NCBI GenBank assembly: GCA_031441465.1
Contig: JANOEP010000072.1
Coordinates: forward strand, 1 to 64,000
Direction: 5' to 3'
DNA: 64,000 bases
Source of the DNA: a bacterium
Lineage (GTDB): Bacteria > Krumholzibacteriota > Krumholzibacteriia > LZORAL124-64-63
Within the stretch, counting starts at the first letter, position 1; each line of letters begins with the position of its first letter. The position numbers and the translations under genes were made by a program. Positions 20,351-28,735 of this stretch are shown piece by piece. The notes beneath the pieces are model-generated. The model was not told the DNA's origin. It searched no databases and was given only the letters and a program-made list of their open reading frames with translations.

Positions 20351-20932
20351 TTGACCATCGACCTATTTAGCAGAATCAAGGGACAATTGGCGCAAGGACT
20401 CGCAGCCGCGCTGCTCGAAAACTACGCCTATAGAGTGATAAGGATCGGCATTGAAGAGCAATATTTCGAACTGAAGTTTCTTCCTCAGTCAGCCTATCTT
20501 GATCTGGGACTTCCGAAGCAGTTGAGGACGCTTCCGGATCTGTTAGTGACGACCCCAGATTGCCGTCGAGCCTGGATGGTCGAGGTGAAAATGCGCACCA
20601 GGCTCACAGGAGCCACATTGCAGCAATTGGGGCAGTCACTGCGAGAACAAGCTGTCCTGTGGCCGGAAACGTACACGATTATCTTTCTTGGTCATGCATT
20701 TCGTTCAGAACGAGATTACATTCAGGATCACCTGCGAGTAATCACGCCCGATAATATTGATATGTTGGTCGAATCCTCCACCGGAGCGGAGAGGAAGTGG
20801 GAAGCGCTTCCGATGCTTCATCATGTATTCGAATTGGTTGACGCCGGCGACTTCTTCACGCTTGCAGATCAGATAGTCCCGGCTATTCAGGCGCTTGGAC
20901 TCAGTAGCCGCAACGATGGGGCCACATCATGA
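20351..20932 (+). CDS. Cassette 2: PD-(D/E)XK superfamily nuclease-like protein
   Basis: IKGQLAQ...LPDLLV...MVEVKMR; TTG start after GGAAGG; low GC. Confidence 0.65.
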   Translation: MTIDLFSRIKGQLAQGLAAALLENYAYRVIRIGIEEQYFELKFLPQSAYLDLGLPKQLRTLPDLLVTTPDCRRAWMVEVKMRTRLTGATLQQLGQSLREQAVLWPETYTIIFLGHAFRSERDYIQDHLRVITPDNIDMLVESSTGAERKWEALPMLHHVFELVDAGDFFTLADQIVPAIQALGLSSRNDGATS

Positions 20933-20940
20933 CGGCACGG

Positions 20941-21061
20941 GCTTGACGGAAGTATGCAGCAGTCTCCGTCGTGTTCGGAGACTCAGTGATCTGTTCGCAG
21001 GAGAGGCGCTCGGCGCCTTGATCTGACGCGACATCCGCAGCTGGACGTCAATGCGATCGGC
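20941..21061 (+). mobile_element. Degenerate attC site
   Basis: GCTTGAC-GGAAG-TATGCAGC...CCGCAGCTG...GATCGGC; GCTTGAC is two transitions from GTTTAAC, the expected complement of GTTAAAC. Confidence 0.45.
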
Positions 21062-21107
21062 GTCGGGAATGATTACCCTATAGACCCAACCAACATCGGA
21101 GGTCCGA

Positions 21108-21494
21108 ATGCGAAGAGTCACAGGCATCGGCGGCATCTTCATGAGCGCCAAGGATCCCAAGGCGCTGTGCGAGTGGTACAAGAAGCACCTCGGGATCGAC
21201 GTCCAGCCCTGGGGTGGCGCCGCCTTCGATTGGGTGGACGCCGAAGGCAACCCGACCAAGGGTACGACGGCCTGGTTGATCGGTCCGGCGGACGGCAAGC
21301 ACTTCGCTCCGAGCAAGTCGACTTTCATGGTCAATTATCGAGTCGAGGATCTGGCGGCACTTCTCAAGGCCCTGCGCGAGGAAGGTTGCGACGTGCTCGA
21401 GAAGACCGACGACTCGGAGTACGGGAAATTCGGCTGGGTCATGGATCCGGAGGGCAACAAGGTCGAACTCTGGCAGCCGCTTCAAGGGCAATGA
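21108..21494 (+). CDS. Cassette 3: VOC/glyoxalase family protein
   Basis: RVTGIGGIF, YGKFGWVMDPEGNKVELWQP; RBS GGAGG. Confidence 0.9.
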   Translation: MRRVTGIGGIFMSAKDPKALCEWYKKHLGIDVQPWGGAAFDWVDAEGNPTKGTTAWLIGPADGKHFAPSKSTFMVNYRVEDLAALLKALREEGCDVLEKTDDSEYGKFGWVMDPEGNKVELWQPLQGQ

Positions 21495-21521
21495 TGTTCG
21501 GTGACTCGCCAGGAGGGAAGA

Positions 21522-21599
21522 TATCGACCCCTCGCTCCACCGGGCACGCAATCGCCGGCTTTGCCCCCTGTCGGTCGTCGGCCAGCCCGGGCGTTGGGT
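21522..21599 (+). mobile_element. Degenerate attC site
   Basis: TATCGAC-CCCTC-GCTCCACCGG...CGGCCAGCCCGGGC-GTTGGGT. Confidence 0.55.
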
Positions 21600-21711
21600 G
21601 ACTTTGCGCGAGCTGTCTGGCATCGCACCTGACCCATCCGGCACCGGCAGGGTCGCGTCCGTTCGTAGCCGTACCCTCTGAACCGGTACTCCCGCACCAA
21701 AGGGAAACGCC

Positions 21712-22152
21712 ATGTCCGAAGTGTCGACCTTCAGGCTCTACCTGCTGAGGGCCATGTATCTGCTGATCGCCGTGGGGTTGGGGATCACGATATGGCCGGG
21801 CATCCTCTCCCCGCCCGAGAAATTGTCGCACATGAGCGGCGTGGTCCGCAGCGTGCTCGGGGCGGTCTCGCTCCTGGCGGTGTTGGGGCTCCGCTATCCC
21901 CTCCAGATGTTGCCGCTGCTGTTCTTCGAATTGCTGTGGAAGTCCATCTGGGTTCTCGCCTTCGGACTTCCCCTCTGGTCCGCTCGGCAATTGGACCCGA
22001 ACACGCGGGAAACGCTGAACGCCTGTCTCATGGGCATCGTGTTGGTCCCACTCGTGATGCCCTGGGGGTACGTCTTCCGCAATTACCTGAAGGCTACCGG
22101 CGACCGGTGGGGCAGGCGCTCGGCATCGGAAAACAGACCCGGGAGGCGATGA
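21712..22152 (+). CDS. Small membrane protein (about 4 TM), hypothetical
   Basis: Hydrophobic segments; GLRYPLQMLPLLFFELLWK. Confidence 0.8.
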   Translation: MSEVSTFRLYLLRAMYLLIAVGLGITIWPGILSPPEKLSHMSGVVRSVLGAVSLLAVLGLRYPLQMLPLLFFELLWKSIWVLAFGLPLWSARQLDPNTRETLNACLMGIVLVPLVMPWGYVFRNYLKATGDRWGRRSASENRPGRR

Positions 22153-22523
22153 TGGAACTGGGAGCTTTGTCCGTCAGCTTGGCGGTCAAGGACATCGAGG
22201 CCTCGAAGCTCTTCTACGAGAAGCAGGGATTCACGGTGTTCGCAGCCGTCCAGGCCCAGAATTGGTTGATCATGAAGAACGGCGGCCACGTGATCGGGTT
22301 GTTCCAGGGCATGTTCGATCAGAACATCCTCACCTTTAATCCAGGTTGGAACAGCGACGCGCAGCCGCTCGGAGCGTACACCGACATTCGGGAACTGCAA
22401 CGCCGGCTCAAAGAGCGTGGCGTGGACATGATGTCGGAAGCCGACGAAAGCACGACCGGCCCGGCCAGCTTCATGATCGTCGATCCGGACGGGAACACGA
22501 TTCTGGTGGACCAGCACGTGTAG
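22149..22523 (+). CDS. VOC/glyoxalase family protein
   Basis: LGALSVSLAVKDIEASKLFYEK, GPASFMIVDPDGNTILVDQHV. Confidence 0.9.
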   Translation: MMELGALSVSLAVKDIEASKLFYEKQGFTVFAAVQAQNWLIMKNGGHVIGLFQGMFDQNILTFNPGWNSDAQPLGAYTDIRELQRRLKERGVDMMSEADESTTGPASFMIVDPDGNTILVDQHV

Positions 22524-22736
22524 GCGACGCGGATCGTCCCGTGCGAAGTTCAACCGCCGGGCTATCGTGAGATGCGGCCCCCTCCCCGACCGCGGCGATA
22601 GTGCTGCGATACTCATTGTCAATATGTTGGTTAATGGTACGCCCGAACGGCCCGCCTGGTCAAGACGGGCTCGATGCTGACGGCCATTCCGGTACAGGGC
22701 CTGGACCGGGAGATCGCACTCGTCTGGAGTACTGCT

Positions 22737-22770
22737 GTCAAATTCAAAGTCGCAGTTTGATTTTCACCAC
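22737..22770. repeat. Palindrome copy A (GTCAAATTCAAA-N7-TTTGAATTTGAC family)
   Basis: GTCAAATTCAAA-GTCGCAG-TTTGATTTTCAC-CAC. Confidence 0.85.
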
Positions 22771-22881
22771 AGGGAGATGGTGCAAGGTCACCACCGTCGC
22801 CGGAGATCGTGCGACCCGCTTGCCGGTCCGGCCGCCGACCATTCCGGATGACGTGCCGACCGGCGATTGCCCGTCGGGTCC

Positions 22882-23427
22882 TTACCGGTACAGCGCCTTG
22901 ACCGTCCCGAACGACATGGTCTCGTTCGGCACGGCCGCCTCGCAGGTGACGGTCAGCACGAGCTGATCGATCGTCAGGGTTTCGAAGCCCATCGGCATGC
23001 AGTGGATCATGTCGAAGTTGAAGCCGTGGTACTGGGCGATCGACAGGTCGGCCCGGCCGTCCTCGAGGAAGGACCAATCCGTCGGGTCCGCGCCGTTCAC
23101 GAGCGTGACGGTCGCGTCGTACGGCTGCTGCAGGGGCGCCGTGAACCCTCCGCCGGCCGCGCCGTCCAGCGAGAAGTCCACCGTGTACTCCAGCCAGAAG
23201 TCGTAGCCCCACGGTTCGTCCATCATCTCGCACCAGCCATGCTGCCCGCCGCCGTAGCCGACGGCGTGGATCGACACGTCGGTCACGTTCACGAGCGTGA
23301 CGCCGAGGTCGACCGGGACCGTACCCGGGACGGGATGGTCGACGGTCCAGGTCACGGTCGCCGCGCCGACGGTCGTCGCGAACAGCACCGGGAACAGCAG
23401 AATGAACAACATGCGAGAGAAGGGCAT
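22882..23427 (-). CDS. Secreted hypothetical protein with a short C-terminal SFGTVKALYR motif
   Basis: RBS GGAGG; N-terminal signal peptide; C-terminus AVPNETMSFGTVKALYR. Confidence 0.8.
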   Translation of the reverse strand: MPFSRMLFILLFPVLFATTVGAATVTWTVDHPVPGTVPVDLGVTLVNVTDVSIHAVGYGGGQHGWCEMMDEPWGYDFWLEYTVDFSLDGAAGGGFTAPLQQPYDATVTLVNGADPTDWSFLEDGRADLSIAQYHGFNFDMIHCMPMGFETLTIDQLVLTVTCEAAVPNETMSFGTVKALYR

Positions 23428-23682
23428 CGGACCACCTCCGGGAATCGGGGAGGGGAAAGCTCACGACTGATGAACACGACTCTATCGAACTGACAATTTC
23501 AATTCAAGAGGCATCGACCCGATCGAGGGTTACACGTCGCCGTCATTCTGAGAGCGGATAATCCTGATTATAATTATCCTGTTTTCGCCATTGCAGTTTG
23601 GCCGTGCATTCAGCGGCCCGCGGCTGGGCGACAACGTCCTGATCGCCACGGTGCGGCGCGATTCCAACCATGAGGTAACGAG

Positions 23683-26382
23683 ATGATCGGCAAGTCCCTG
23701 CTGCACTACGAGATCAAGAGCCTGCTCGGCAAGGGCGGCATGGGTGAGGTGTTCTGCGCGCGGGACACCAAGCTGGGCCGCGATGTGGCCGTCAAGATCC
23801 TCCCGCTCGAACTGAACGGCGATCCGGAGCGCGAAGCCCGGTTTCAGCGGGAGGCGCGGGCCTTGGCCAGCCTGCAGCACCCCAACGTTGCCTCGGTCTA
23901 CGGATTCGAGGAAGCGGAAGGGTGCCGCTTCCTGGTGATGGAACTGGTGGTGGGATCCGAACTGACGAAGCGGATGAGCGCGGGTCCCGTGCCGATCGCG
24001 GACGCCCTGAACATCGCCCGCCAGATCGCCGCGGGCCTGGAGGCGGCCCACGAGAACGGCATCGTCCACCGGGATCTCAAGCCGGCCAACATCATGGAGA
24101 CGGCCGAGGGCGAGATCAAGATCCTGGACTTCGGCTTGGCCCAGGCCTGGTTCGGCGACGGCGTCCGCCAGGGCGAGTCCTCCATGACGCCGACCATCAC
24201 CGCGGCCTTGAGCCAGGCGGGGGCCATCCTGGGCACGGCGGCCTACATGAGCCCGGAGCAGGCCCGGGGCGGCGCCGTGGACCGGCGCGCCGACATCTGG
24301 GCGTTCGGGGTCATCCTGTTCGAGATGCTGACGGGCAAGCGGCTCTTCCTCGGCGAGACCACGAGCGACACGCTGGCGGCGGTGCTGCGCGCCGAGCCGG
24401 AATGGGACTCCCTGCCCGTCGCCGAGGCGCCCGCCCTGTGCCGGCTGATCGAACGCTGCCTGGAACGGAATCCCAAGCAGCGGCTGCGCGACATCGGCGA
24501 GGCCCGCATCTTCCTTCAGGACGGCGACGCCAGCGGTTCCCACCTGAGTTTCTCCCACCTGGCGCCGGTGGCATCGTCCGCCGAATCCACCCGCGCCAGG
24601 ACGCCGGCGCTCCTGCTGGCGGGTCTGGCCGTCGCGGGTCTGCTGGCCGGCTCGCTCGTGGGTTGGAAGGTGCTGGCCCGACCGGCGCCGCTCCCGGTCC
24701 TGCACGCCATGATTCCCCCGCCGGGGATCACGGACTACGAACTGAACTCCACGAATCCCGGTCCGGCGACCATCTCGCCGGACGGATCGATGCTGGCCTT
24801 CACCGCCACCGACACCGAAGGGGTGACCCGGCTCTACCTGCGGCACCTCGACCAGGGCGAGTCGGTCGGCCTGTCCGGCACCGAAAGCGCCGCGTACCCG
24901 TTCTGGTCCCCGGACAACCGATTCCTCGGCTTCTTCGAGGCGGACGGCAAGAAGCTCAAGAAGATCGCCGTGACCGGCGGGCCGCCGGTGACCCTCTGCA
25001 CCGCGGACAACGTCAAGGGCGGCTCCTGGAACGACCGCGGCGACATCATCTTCGCCCGCGGAGCCGACACCGGGATCTTCAGGGTGCCCGAGATCGGCGG
25101 CGAACCGGTCCGCATCACCGCCGTCGGCCCGGATCACAATTCCCACCGGCATCCCCGGTTCCTGCCCGGCGGCCGGGAGTTCCTCTTCATCGGGCGCTCG
25201 ACCAGCAGCGATCACGACAACACCGTGTTCCTGGCGAACCTGGACACGACCGTCGTCCCGCGGGTCATCGCGACCTCGCAGGCCCACGCGGACTACGTCG
25301 ACGGCTACCTGCTGACGGTGCGCGAGAACGTGCTGATGGCGACGCCCTTCACGCCGGACCAGAAGAGCGCGACCGCGGGCGGCGCCCCGCTGGTGGACAA
25401 CGTCCTGACCATCCAGGGGGCGGTGGTCGGGTTGTTCAGCCCTTCGCCGACGGGCATGCTGGTCTTCCAGACGGGGGCCTCGGCCGAGGCCAGCCAGGTG
25501 TTGTCCTGGACCGACATCGAGGACGGCAGTTCGCAACCTCTGGGCGACCTCGGCCAGATCTACCACCCGGCGATCGCTCCCGACGGGAAGCGCGCGGTCG
25601 TCGAGGTGCGCAACGCGTCGAACGAGGGCACGGACCTGTGGCTCGTCGACCTGGAGACGGGCTTGCGGACGCGCTTCACGTTCGCGCCCGGCGACGAGAT
25701 CCGCGCCTGTTGGTCGCCGACCGGAAACTCCGTGTATTACGAGTCCAAGGAAGGGGGGAGCTTCCGCATCATGCAGCAGCCCGTGGAGGGACAGGGCGGC
25801 GCCGCCGTCCTGCTGGAGGCGGCGCGCGAGATCGCGGTCACCGGCGTGGGGGCGGGGGACCGCTCCATCCTGCTGGACTTCGAGCGTGAGGACGGGAAGT
25901 TCGAACTGCGGCGGATGTCCCTGGAAGCGGGCGGCGGCGCGATGACGACCGTGGCGACGGCGGCCGGGGTCAACCTGGGCGGCGGCGTCTACTCGCCCGA
26001 CAACCGCTGGATCGCCTACCACACCGAGACCGCCGCCGGCTGGGACATCTTCGTCATCCCCGCCACCGGCGGCGTGCGCAAGTGGCAAGTCAGCAGCGAC
26101 GGCGCCGTCTACCCGAAGTGGAACCGCGACGGCACGGAACTGTGGGTTGTCCGCTTCAGCGGCGACCTCAACGCCTACGAGGTCGACGGCGCCGGCCAGA
26201 CCTTCCGCGTGGGAAAATCCCGCCGGGCGCTCAAGATCGCCTCGCCCGACGCCAGCGGCTGCTTCTACGACCTGCATCCGGACGGTCGGCGGATCCTCCA
26301 GACGGGGGCCGATCCGTCGTTCCGCTCCGAGGTCTCTTACCTGCACCTGGTCACCGACTGGAAGCGGGGGCTGGTCCAGTAG
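23683..26382 (+). CDS. Hanks-type Ser/Thr kinase with TM segment and TolB-like (PD40) beta-propellers
   Basis: LGKGGMGEV, VAVK, HRDLKPAN, LDFGLA, GTAAYMSPEQ; repeated SPD(G) propeller motifs. Confidence 0.93.
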   Translation: MIGKSLLHYEIKSLLGKGGMGEVFCARDTKLGRDVAVKILPLELNGDPEREARFQREARALASLQHPNVASVYGFEEAEGCRFLVMELVVGSELTKRMSAGPVPIADALNIARQIAAGLEAAHENGIVHRDLKPANIMETAEGEIKILDFGLAQAWFGDGVRQGESSMTPTITAALSQAGAILGTAAYMSPEQARGGAVDRRADIWAFGVILFEMLTGKRLFLGETTSDTLAAVLRAEPEWDSLPVAEAPALCRLIERCLERNPKQRLRDIGEARIFLQDGDASGSHLSFSHLAPVASSAESTRARTPALLLAGLAVAGLLAGSLVGWKVLARPAPLPVLHAMIPPPGITDYELNSTNPGPATISPDGSMLAFTATDTEGVTRLYLRHLDQGESVGLSGTESAAYPFWSPDNRFLGFFEADGKKLKKIAVTGGPPVTLCTADNVKGGSWNDRGDIIFARGADTGIFRVPEIGGEPVRITAVGPDHNSHRHPRFLPGGREFLFIGRSTSSDHDNTVFLANLDTTVVPRVIATSQAHADYVDGYLLTVRENVLMATPFTPDQKSATAGGAPLVDNVLTIQGAVVGLFSPSPTGMLVFQTGASAEASQVLSWTDIEDGSSQPLGDLGQIYHPAIAPDGKRAVVEVRNASNEGTDLWLVDLETGLRTRFTFAPGDEIRACWSPTGNSVYYESKEGGSFRIMQQPVEGQGGAAVLLEAAREIAVTGVGAGDRSILLDFEREDGKFELRRMSLEAGGGAMTTVATAAGVNLGGGVYSPDNRWIAYHTETAAGWDIFVIPATGGVRKWQVSSDGAVYPKWNRDGTELWVVRFSGDLNAYEVDGAGQTFRVGKSRRALKIASPDASGCFYDLHPDGRRILQTGADPSFRSEVSYLHLVTDWKRGLVQ

Positions 26383-26635
26383 GAATCGGGGGAGGCGAGA
26401 CGACGGTCATGTCAGCCCCACGCGATCAGCGCTTCGCCGTGATGGCGACCCGAGCCCCGAGGCTCAGAGTCCGGCGGTGTGCTTGATGCAAGGTGCTCCG
26501 GCGTAGCACCGGCAGGATGCTCAAGACCATGGCCCTTCTCCGGCGGTCTCTCCGTGGTGCCGACCGCCCGCCCGAAGCCCCAACTCGAAGATCTGCTGCC
26601 GGTTATGGGTGTGAGTCGCTCTGTCCCGGGCCGTA

Positions 26636-26668
26636 TGGTCAAATTCAAACTCCGACTTTGAATCTGAC
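26636..26668. repeat. Palindrome copy B, upstream of the AAA ATPase
   Basis: TG-GTCAAATTCAAA-CTCCGAC-TTTGAATCTGAC. Confidence 0.9.
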
Positions 26669-26674
26669 TTCAGC

Positions 26675-27859
26675 GTGCCCCGCAAGGTGCCCATGGTTGA
26701 CAGGGATTTGGGGAACCGTCTTCTGGCGTCGGCTCGAACTTGTTCGGTGGTCACGGTTTCGGGTCCGCGGCGCAGCGGAAAGGCCGTGTTGTGCCGATCG
26801 GTGTTTTTCAGTCTTCCGTATCGGAACCTGGCAGTGCCGAATGTCCGCAGGTTCGCGCAGGAGGACCCGTTGGGTTTCCTGGCACAGCATCCCGAGGGGG
26901 CGATCCTGGATGAAATGCCGTGCTGTCCTGACATGTTGCCGCACCTGGTGCGGCAGATCCGTCTCGGTGCGGCGTCGGGCAACTGGATCCTGATCGGTTC
27001 GCAGAACTCGCGGATGTTTGCGGTGCTGGCACAATCGCTTGAAGGGCACATCGCCGAACACCGCCTGCTGCCGCTGACTCGCAACGAAATCGTACGGTTT
27101 CCCGCGCATCCGCGTTCGCTCGACGCGGCGATCATCCAGGGTGGGTATCCCGGTATTCCCGAAGAGGGTGTCGCGCCGGGCGGGTACCTGGACGACATCG
27201 TCGCAGAGTTGATCGAGCGCGACGTCCGTGCGGTCGCGACCCTGAGGAACCAGGTCTGTTTTCAGCGTTTCTTGGCGCTTTGCGCCGGTCGCACCGCTCG
27301 GCCCCTGAACTACTCCGCGTTGGCGGCCGACGCTGGAGTGTCGCAACCCACGGCCAAATTCTGGCTCTTGATGCTCGAAGCGAGCTTCATCGTCTTCCGG
27401 TTGCCCGCCTACGCCGGCCGCACCCGGAAGCGCCTGGCCAAGGCGCCGAAACTGCATTTCTACGACAGCGGGCTGGCTTGTCGGCTGCTCGGTATCGGTA
27501 GCGCCGAACAGTTGAGCTTGCACCCGTTGCGTGGCGCTCTCTTCGAGTCCTGGGTCGTCTCTGAAGTGATGAGACGGCGCGCGCATGACGGCCGGACCGG
27601 AGGCCTGCATCATGTTCGCGATCTGCGTGGAACGGAGGTCGCCCTCGTCATCGACCGTCCCGACGGGGTGTTGCTCGTCGACACGAAATCGGGCCAGACC
27701 GTGACTCCCGACATGCTCCAATCCCTCCATCAGGCCCGGATGGACTGGGGGGGGATGGCGTTGGTCGGCGCCGTGGTCGTCTACGGGGGAAACCGGTCGT
27801 GGGAACGGGAGGGAACCGAAATCGTGCCGTGGGCTTCGATGCTTGATGGGCTCAGTTGA
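26675..27859 (+). CDS. AAA_14 + DUF4143 ATPase family protein with degenerate catalytic motifs
   Basis: GPRRSGKA, ILDEM, LIGSQ, QSLEG, GGYP, IERDVR, KRLAKAPKLHFYDSGL, GALFESWV; start may be ATG 26693. Confidence 0.85.
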   Translation: MPRKVPMVDRDLGNRLLASARTCSVVTVSGPRRSGKAVLCRSVFFSLPYRNLAVPNVRRFAQEDPLGFLAQHPEGAILDEMPCCPDMLPHLVRQIRLGAASGNWILIGSQNSRMFAVLAQSLEGHIAEHRLLPLTRNEIVRFPAHPRSLDAAIIQGGYPGIPEEGVAPGGYLDDIVAELIERDVRAVATLRNQVCFQRFLALCAGRTARPLNYSALAADAGVSQPTAKFWLLMLEASFIVFRLPAYAGRTRKRLAKAPKLHFYDSGLACRLLGIGSAEQLSLHPLRGALFESWVVSEVMRRRAHDGRTGGLHHVRDLRGTEVALVIDRPDGVLLVDTKSGQTVTPDMLQSLHQARMDWGGMALVGAVVVYGGNRSWEREGTEIVPWASMLDGLS

Positions 27860-27871
27860 CAGGATGCTGCG

Positions 27872-27904
27872 GCGAAATCCAAAGTTGTTCTTTGAATTTG
27901 ACCA
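27872..27904. repeat. Palindrome copy C, downstream of the AAA ATPase
   Basis: GCGAAATCCAAA-GTTGTTC-TTTGAATTTGAC-CA. Confidence 0.85.
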
Positions 27905-27934
27905 CAGCTCGATGCACAGCGCCCCTCCAGGTCT

Positions 27935-28558
27935 CTAGACTGCCTGCCGCGCCCGCCACCGCCGCCAGTGCCGCACGAAGAACACCGCCGCCAGCGCGCC
28001 CAGGACGACCAGCACGCCGACATCGATGGTGTGGCTGTGCTTCATCACCGCCTCCCAGTTCTGCTTGAGCGCCGCGCCGGCCAGGGCCAGGGCGGTGTTC
28101 CACAGACCGGCGCCGATCGTCGTGAAGATCAGGAACGGCAGCAGCGGCATCCGCCCGATCCCGGCCGGGATCGAGATGAGGTGCCGCACCACGGGGATGA
28201 AGCGGCAAGTGAGGATCGTGATCCGGCCGTGCTTGTGGAAGTACCGCTGCGTCGCTTCGAGCTCGTGCATGTCCAGCAGCAGGTACTTGCCGAAGCGGCG
28301 GAAGAAGGGCGCGCCGCCGAAGGCGCCCATGGCGTAGGAGAGCAGCGAGCCCACGATGCTGCCCAGCGTGCTGGCGACGATCACCCCGAAGAGCGAGAAG
28401 CGTCCGGTGGTGATCAGGAAGCCGGCGAAGGGCATGACCGCTTCGCTCGGGATCGGGAAGACCATGCTCTCGAGCACCATCAGCAGGAAGACGCTCGTGT
28501 AGCCGGTGGCGTCGATGAACGCCGTGGCGTGTTCGGCGATGAATTCCGTGATTCCCAT
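27935..28558 (-). CDS. DedA family membrane protein
   Basis: LESMVFPIPSEAVMPFAG, CRFIPVVRHLISIPAG. Confidence 0.92.
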   Translation of the reverse strand: MGITEFIAEHATAFIDATGYTSVFLLMVLESMVFPIPSEAVMPFAGFLITTGRFSLFGVIVASTLGSIVGSLLSYAMGAFGGAPFFRRFGKYLLLDMHELEATQRYFHKHGRITILTCRFIPVVRHLISIPAGIGRMPLLPFLIFTTIGAGLWNTALALAGAALKQNWEAVMKHSHTIDVGVLVVLGALAAVFFVRHWRRWRARQAV

Positions 28559-28735
28559 GCGTCGTCCCTCCGTCCGCCCGGTTCCGCCGCGCCCCGCGAC
28601 GCTGCCGTACACTAGGGCCGAACGGACCGTCCGGCAAGCGGTTCGCGCAATTGGTGATTGCCTGGCCCGGCGCGATTCCCTAGACTCCGGCCTCGGTCCG
28701 GCGGGCCCTTCCGGTCGCGCCAGAAAGAAGTCCGC

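Noticed and set aside
22524..22600. attC after the last VOC gene
   Set aside because: GTTCAAC is present but no matching L boxes or R' could be paired.
22600..22634. dif/Xer site
   Set aside because: Only a partial resemblance (TATGTT) to the XerD arm; no convincing XerC arm.
23683..26382. Kinase-propeller fusion as a novel architecture
   Set aside because: A common architecture in Acidobacteriota and related lineages.
26383..26635. Small ORFs between the kinase and the ATPase
   Set aside because: No RBS, motif or codon pattern to support them.
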